From NCBI GenBank assembly GCA_965116635.1, contig OZ220710.1, forward strand, positions 3,850,109-3,914,108: a stretch of DNA of 64,000 nt, read 5' to 3'. Position 1 is the stretch's first letter, and each line of letters starts with the position of its first letter. Shown piece after piece: positions 61,552 to 64,000 of the stretch. The DNA is from Thermodesulfobacteriota bacterium. GTDB taxonomy: Bacteria > Desulfobacterota > Binatia > UBA9968 > JAJDTQ01. Both the position numbers and the translations under genes were made by a program. The notes beneath the pieces are model-generated. The model was not told the DNA's origin and did no database searches. It worked only from the letters and a program-made list of their open reading frames with translations.

Positions 61552-62586
61552 ATGACGAAACGAGCAGTAAGGACCACAATGCTGGTGGCTGTGGCGGCGG
61601 TCCTGGGCCTGTCCATGGGGATCGTTGCGAGCGCCGGAGCCAACGGTGAAGTGAACATCTATTCCTACCGGCAGCCGTTTCTCATCAAGCCGATGCTGAA
61701 CGCCTTCACCCACCAGACGGGGATCAAGACCAACGTGGTGTTCGCGCCCAAGGGGATGATCACGCGCCTGCAGAAGGAGGGCAAGAACAGTCCGGCCGAC
61801 GTCGTCCTGACGGTGGACATTGGGCGGATCAATGACGCGGTGGAGGCGGGCGTGCTGCAACCGGTAAAGACGAAGAAGCTGACCGCCAACGTTCCGTCTT
61901 GGGACCGGGACCCGGCGGGCCTGTGGTACGCGCTCACGCGACGGGCGCGCATCGTCTACGCATCCCGGGAGCGGGTGAAGCCGGGCGATCTTTCCACCTA
62001 CGAGGCGCTGACCGATCCCAAGTGGAAGGGCCGCATCTGCATCCGGTCATCGCAGAACGTCTACAACGTGGCGTTGCTTGCCTCCCTCGTGGCGCATCAC
62101 GGAGAGGCCAAGGCCGAGGAGTGGGCCAAGGGGCTGAAGGCCAATCTGGCGCGCAGGCCTCAGGGTAACGACCGGGCGCAAGTCAAGGCTATCTTCGCGG
62201 GCGAGTGCGACATCTCCCTGGGGAACTCCTACTACATGGGCAAGATGCTCACCAACGAGAAGCAGATCGCGTGGGCGGAATCCGTGTTCCTTTTCTTCCC
62301 CAACCAGGACGGCCGCGGCGCCCACATGAACATCAGCGGCGCCGGCGTTACCAAGCACGCGCCGCGGAAGGACAACGCCGTCAAGCTGTTGGAATTCCTG
62401 AGCGACGACCTGGCGCAGAAGATGTACGCGGAGCAGAACTTCGAATATCCCGTGAAACCCGGCGTGCCCTGGTCCGGCCTGGTGGAGTCCTGGGGCAGGT
62501 TCAAGGCCGACAAGCTCGATATGGTCAAGGTCGCCAAGAACCGGGCGGCGGCCATCAAGATCTTCGACCGCGTGGGCATTCCCTAG
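61552..62586 (+). CDS. Fe(III) ABC transporter substrate-binding protein (FutA/FbpA family)
   Basis: VNIYSYRQ, SPADV, LTRRAR, ICIRS, GNDRAQVK, NSYY, NISG. Confidence 0.92.
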   Translation: MTKRAVRTTMLVAVAAVLGLSMGIVASAGANGEVNIYSYRQPFLIKPMLNAFTHQTGIKTNVVFAPKGMITRLQKEGKNSPADVVLTVDIGRINDAVEAGVLQPVKTKKLTANVPSWDRDPAGLWYALTRRARIVYASRERVKPGDLSTYEALTDPKWKGRICIRSSQNVYNVALLASLVAHHGEAKAEEWAKGLKANLARRPQGNDRAQVKAIFAGECDISLGNSYYMGKMLTNEKQIAWAESVFLFFPNQDGRGAHMNISGAGVTKHAPRKDNAVKLLEFLSDDLAQKMYAEQNFEYPVKPGVPWSGLVESWGRFKADKLDMVKVAKNRAAAIKIFDRVGIP

Positions 62587-62619
62587 CAGGTTGTCGAAAA
62601 CTCCCTACGATGCGGGTTG

Positions 62620-62711
62620 GCGCCTTTCGACTTCGCTTCGCTACGCTCAGGGCGAACGGAATCTGACTTAAACGTTCACCCTGAGCGTAGCGAAGCGAAG
62701 TCGAAGGGCGC
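62620..62711. repeat. Short-variant REP inverted pair
   Basis: Slightly degenerate match to the family. Confidence 0.85.
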
Positions 62712-62834
62712 CAATTGGCTGGAAGGACCCTAGGACCACGGTCGTCTTTCAAAAGGCTTCGGCTTTGACTATGATCCCAAGAACCGACGCCCCTCGGTTC
62801 GAGAGGGGAATCCATTGACGGAGGAACAGACCCT

Positions 62835-63335
62835 ATGAAAGGCGACCCCAGGGTGCTGAAAGCGCTCAACGACGTGCTGCGGAAAGAGCTGACGGGGATC
62901 AATCAATACTTCATGCACTCGCGGATGTGCCGAAACTGGGGCTACCAGGTGCTGGATCAGTTCATCTGGAAGGAGTCCATCGAGGAGATGCAGCACGCGG
63001 ACCAGATCATCAACCGCATCCTGCTGCTGGACGGCGTCCCCAACGTTGCCGGCTATGACAAGATCATGGTTGGCAAGACGGTAAAAGAGCAATTGGAGAA
63101 CGATCTCGGGCTGGAAGAGGGGGCGATCAAGGTGCTCCACGAGAGCATCGCAACCTGCAGCGAGACCGGTGACCATGTGAGCCGCGAGCTCCTGGAGCGG
63201 ATTCTGGCGGACGAGGAGAGCCACGTGGACTGGATCGAGGCCCAGCTTCACCTCATCCAGGAGGTCGGCCGGGAGAACTATCTGGCTCAACAGATCTACA
63301 GCACCGCCGGTGGCGGCGGAGAGGGCGGCGCGTAG
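62835..63335 (+). CDS. bfr: Bacterioferritin
   Basis: MKGD, ELTGINQYFMH, ESIEEMQHAD, DEESHVDW. Confidence 0.95.
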   Translation: MKGDPRVLKALNDVLRKELTGINQYFMHSRMCRNWGYQVLDQFIWKESIEEMQHADQIINRILLLDGVPNVAGYDKIMVGKTVKEQLENDLGLEEGAIKVLHESIATCSETGDHVSRELLERILADEESHVDWIEAQLHLIQEVGRENYLAQQIYSTAGGGGEGGA

Positions 63336-63373
63336 GGGGCGGCGGTCGCCGTCGCCGACAAGGTGAGACCAAC

Positions 63374-64000
63374 GTGGTCGTGAAGCGTTCAGAAGTCTCT
63401 TCCGCTACGGAAGACTACCTCAAGGCCATCTACAGCCTGGCGGAGGAGAACGACCAGGTGATCGCGGCGCGGGTGGCGGAGGACATCGGCGTGACGCCGT
63501 CGACCATGTTCAGCGCCCTGAGGCGGCTCGAAAAGGAGGAGTTCGTGCGGGTGGAACGCCGCAAGAACATCTACCTGACGACCAAGGGCCGTGACGTGGC
63601 CGAGGCCATCCTGCGCCGGCACTTTCTCACCGAACGCTTGCTGACGGATCTCCTGGGCCTGGACTGGGTCACCGCCCATCAGGAAGCCCACCACCTGGAG
63701 CACGCCATATCGCCGGTGGTGGAGGAGCGCCTGGCCGCGATCCTCGACAATCCGTCCACCTGCCCTCACGGAAACCCGATTCCGGTGAAGGGGCAGCCTT
63801 CCCCACGCCGGGAGTGGCGCCCCCTGAATACGGCGGAAGCGGGTACCGAGGTCATTTTCCGCTGCATCACCGAAACCGGCGAACGCGACGCGGTGCTGCT
63901 TTCGTTCCTCTACGACCACCAGGTCCGTCCCGGTACCACCATCGACATTCTCGACGTTTCGCCGTCCCTCGGCACCATCAGCCTCAAGGTGGGAGAGCAC
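63374..64000 (+). CDS. DtxR/IdeR-family metal-dependent repressor (runs off window; absent from ORF track)
   Basis: Manual translation: TEDYLKAIY..RRHFLTERLL..EAHHLEHAIS..CPHGNPIP. Confidence 0.9.
   Translation, partial: MVVKRSEVSSATEDYLKAIYSLAEENDQVIAARVAEDIGVTPSTMFSALRRLEKEEFVRVERRKNIYLTTKGRDVAEAILRRHFLTERLLTDLLGLDWVTAHQEAHHLEHAISPVVEERLAAILDNPSTCPHGNPIPVKGQPSPRREWRPLNTAEAGTEVIFRCITETGERDAVLLSFLYDHQVRPGTTIDILDVSPSLGTISLKVGEH

Noticed and set aside
63389..64000. Minus-strand 203-aa ORF
   Set aside because: Antisense to the clear DtxR-family gene on the plus strand

Overview
GC-rich chromosome of a diderm bacterium (lpxA, outer-membrane barrels; the split atpZ-I-B-E block is Deltaproteobacteria/Binatota-like by inference). 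The window spans the replication origin (dnaA-dnaN with DnaA boxes and trios). Housekeeping content: eno, ftsB, tRNA-Gly, polA, gpmI, yacG, lpxA, moaBDE, hemL, atp genes and bfr. It also carries a Na+-pumping decarboxylase cluster, a metal-homeostasis block, and a left-hand accessory region of surface proteins (two S8 protease lipoproteins, a Slam translocon with TbpB-like cargo, HicAB). The dominant unexplained structure is a family of about 37 palindromic 40-51 bp REP-like repeats (GCGCCCTTCGACTTCGC..GCTACGCTCAGGACGAACGG). They occur mostly as inverted pairs and show short duplications at their ends, tandem-repeat spacers, a 340-bp duplication of neighbouring gene sequence and an in-frame copy inside polA. 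Six copies tightly surround a lone GIY-YIG nuclease gene, a layout like RAYT-REP but with a different enzyme, making it a candidate undescribed nuclease-REP system. One REP is interrupted by an IS110 element whose bridge RNA can be read by eye, with guides matching both the REP target and the donor junction. Also notable: a probable selenocysteine rhodanese, and an outer-membrane protein whose only apparent start codon is ATA. All calls are by-eye motif recognition; no database searches were run.
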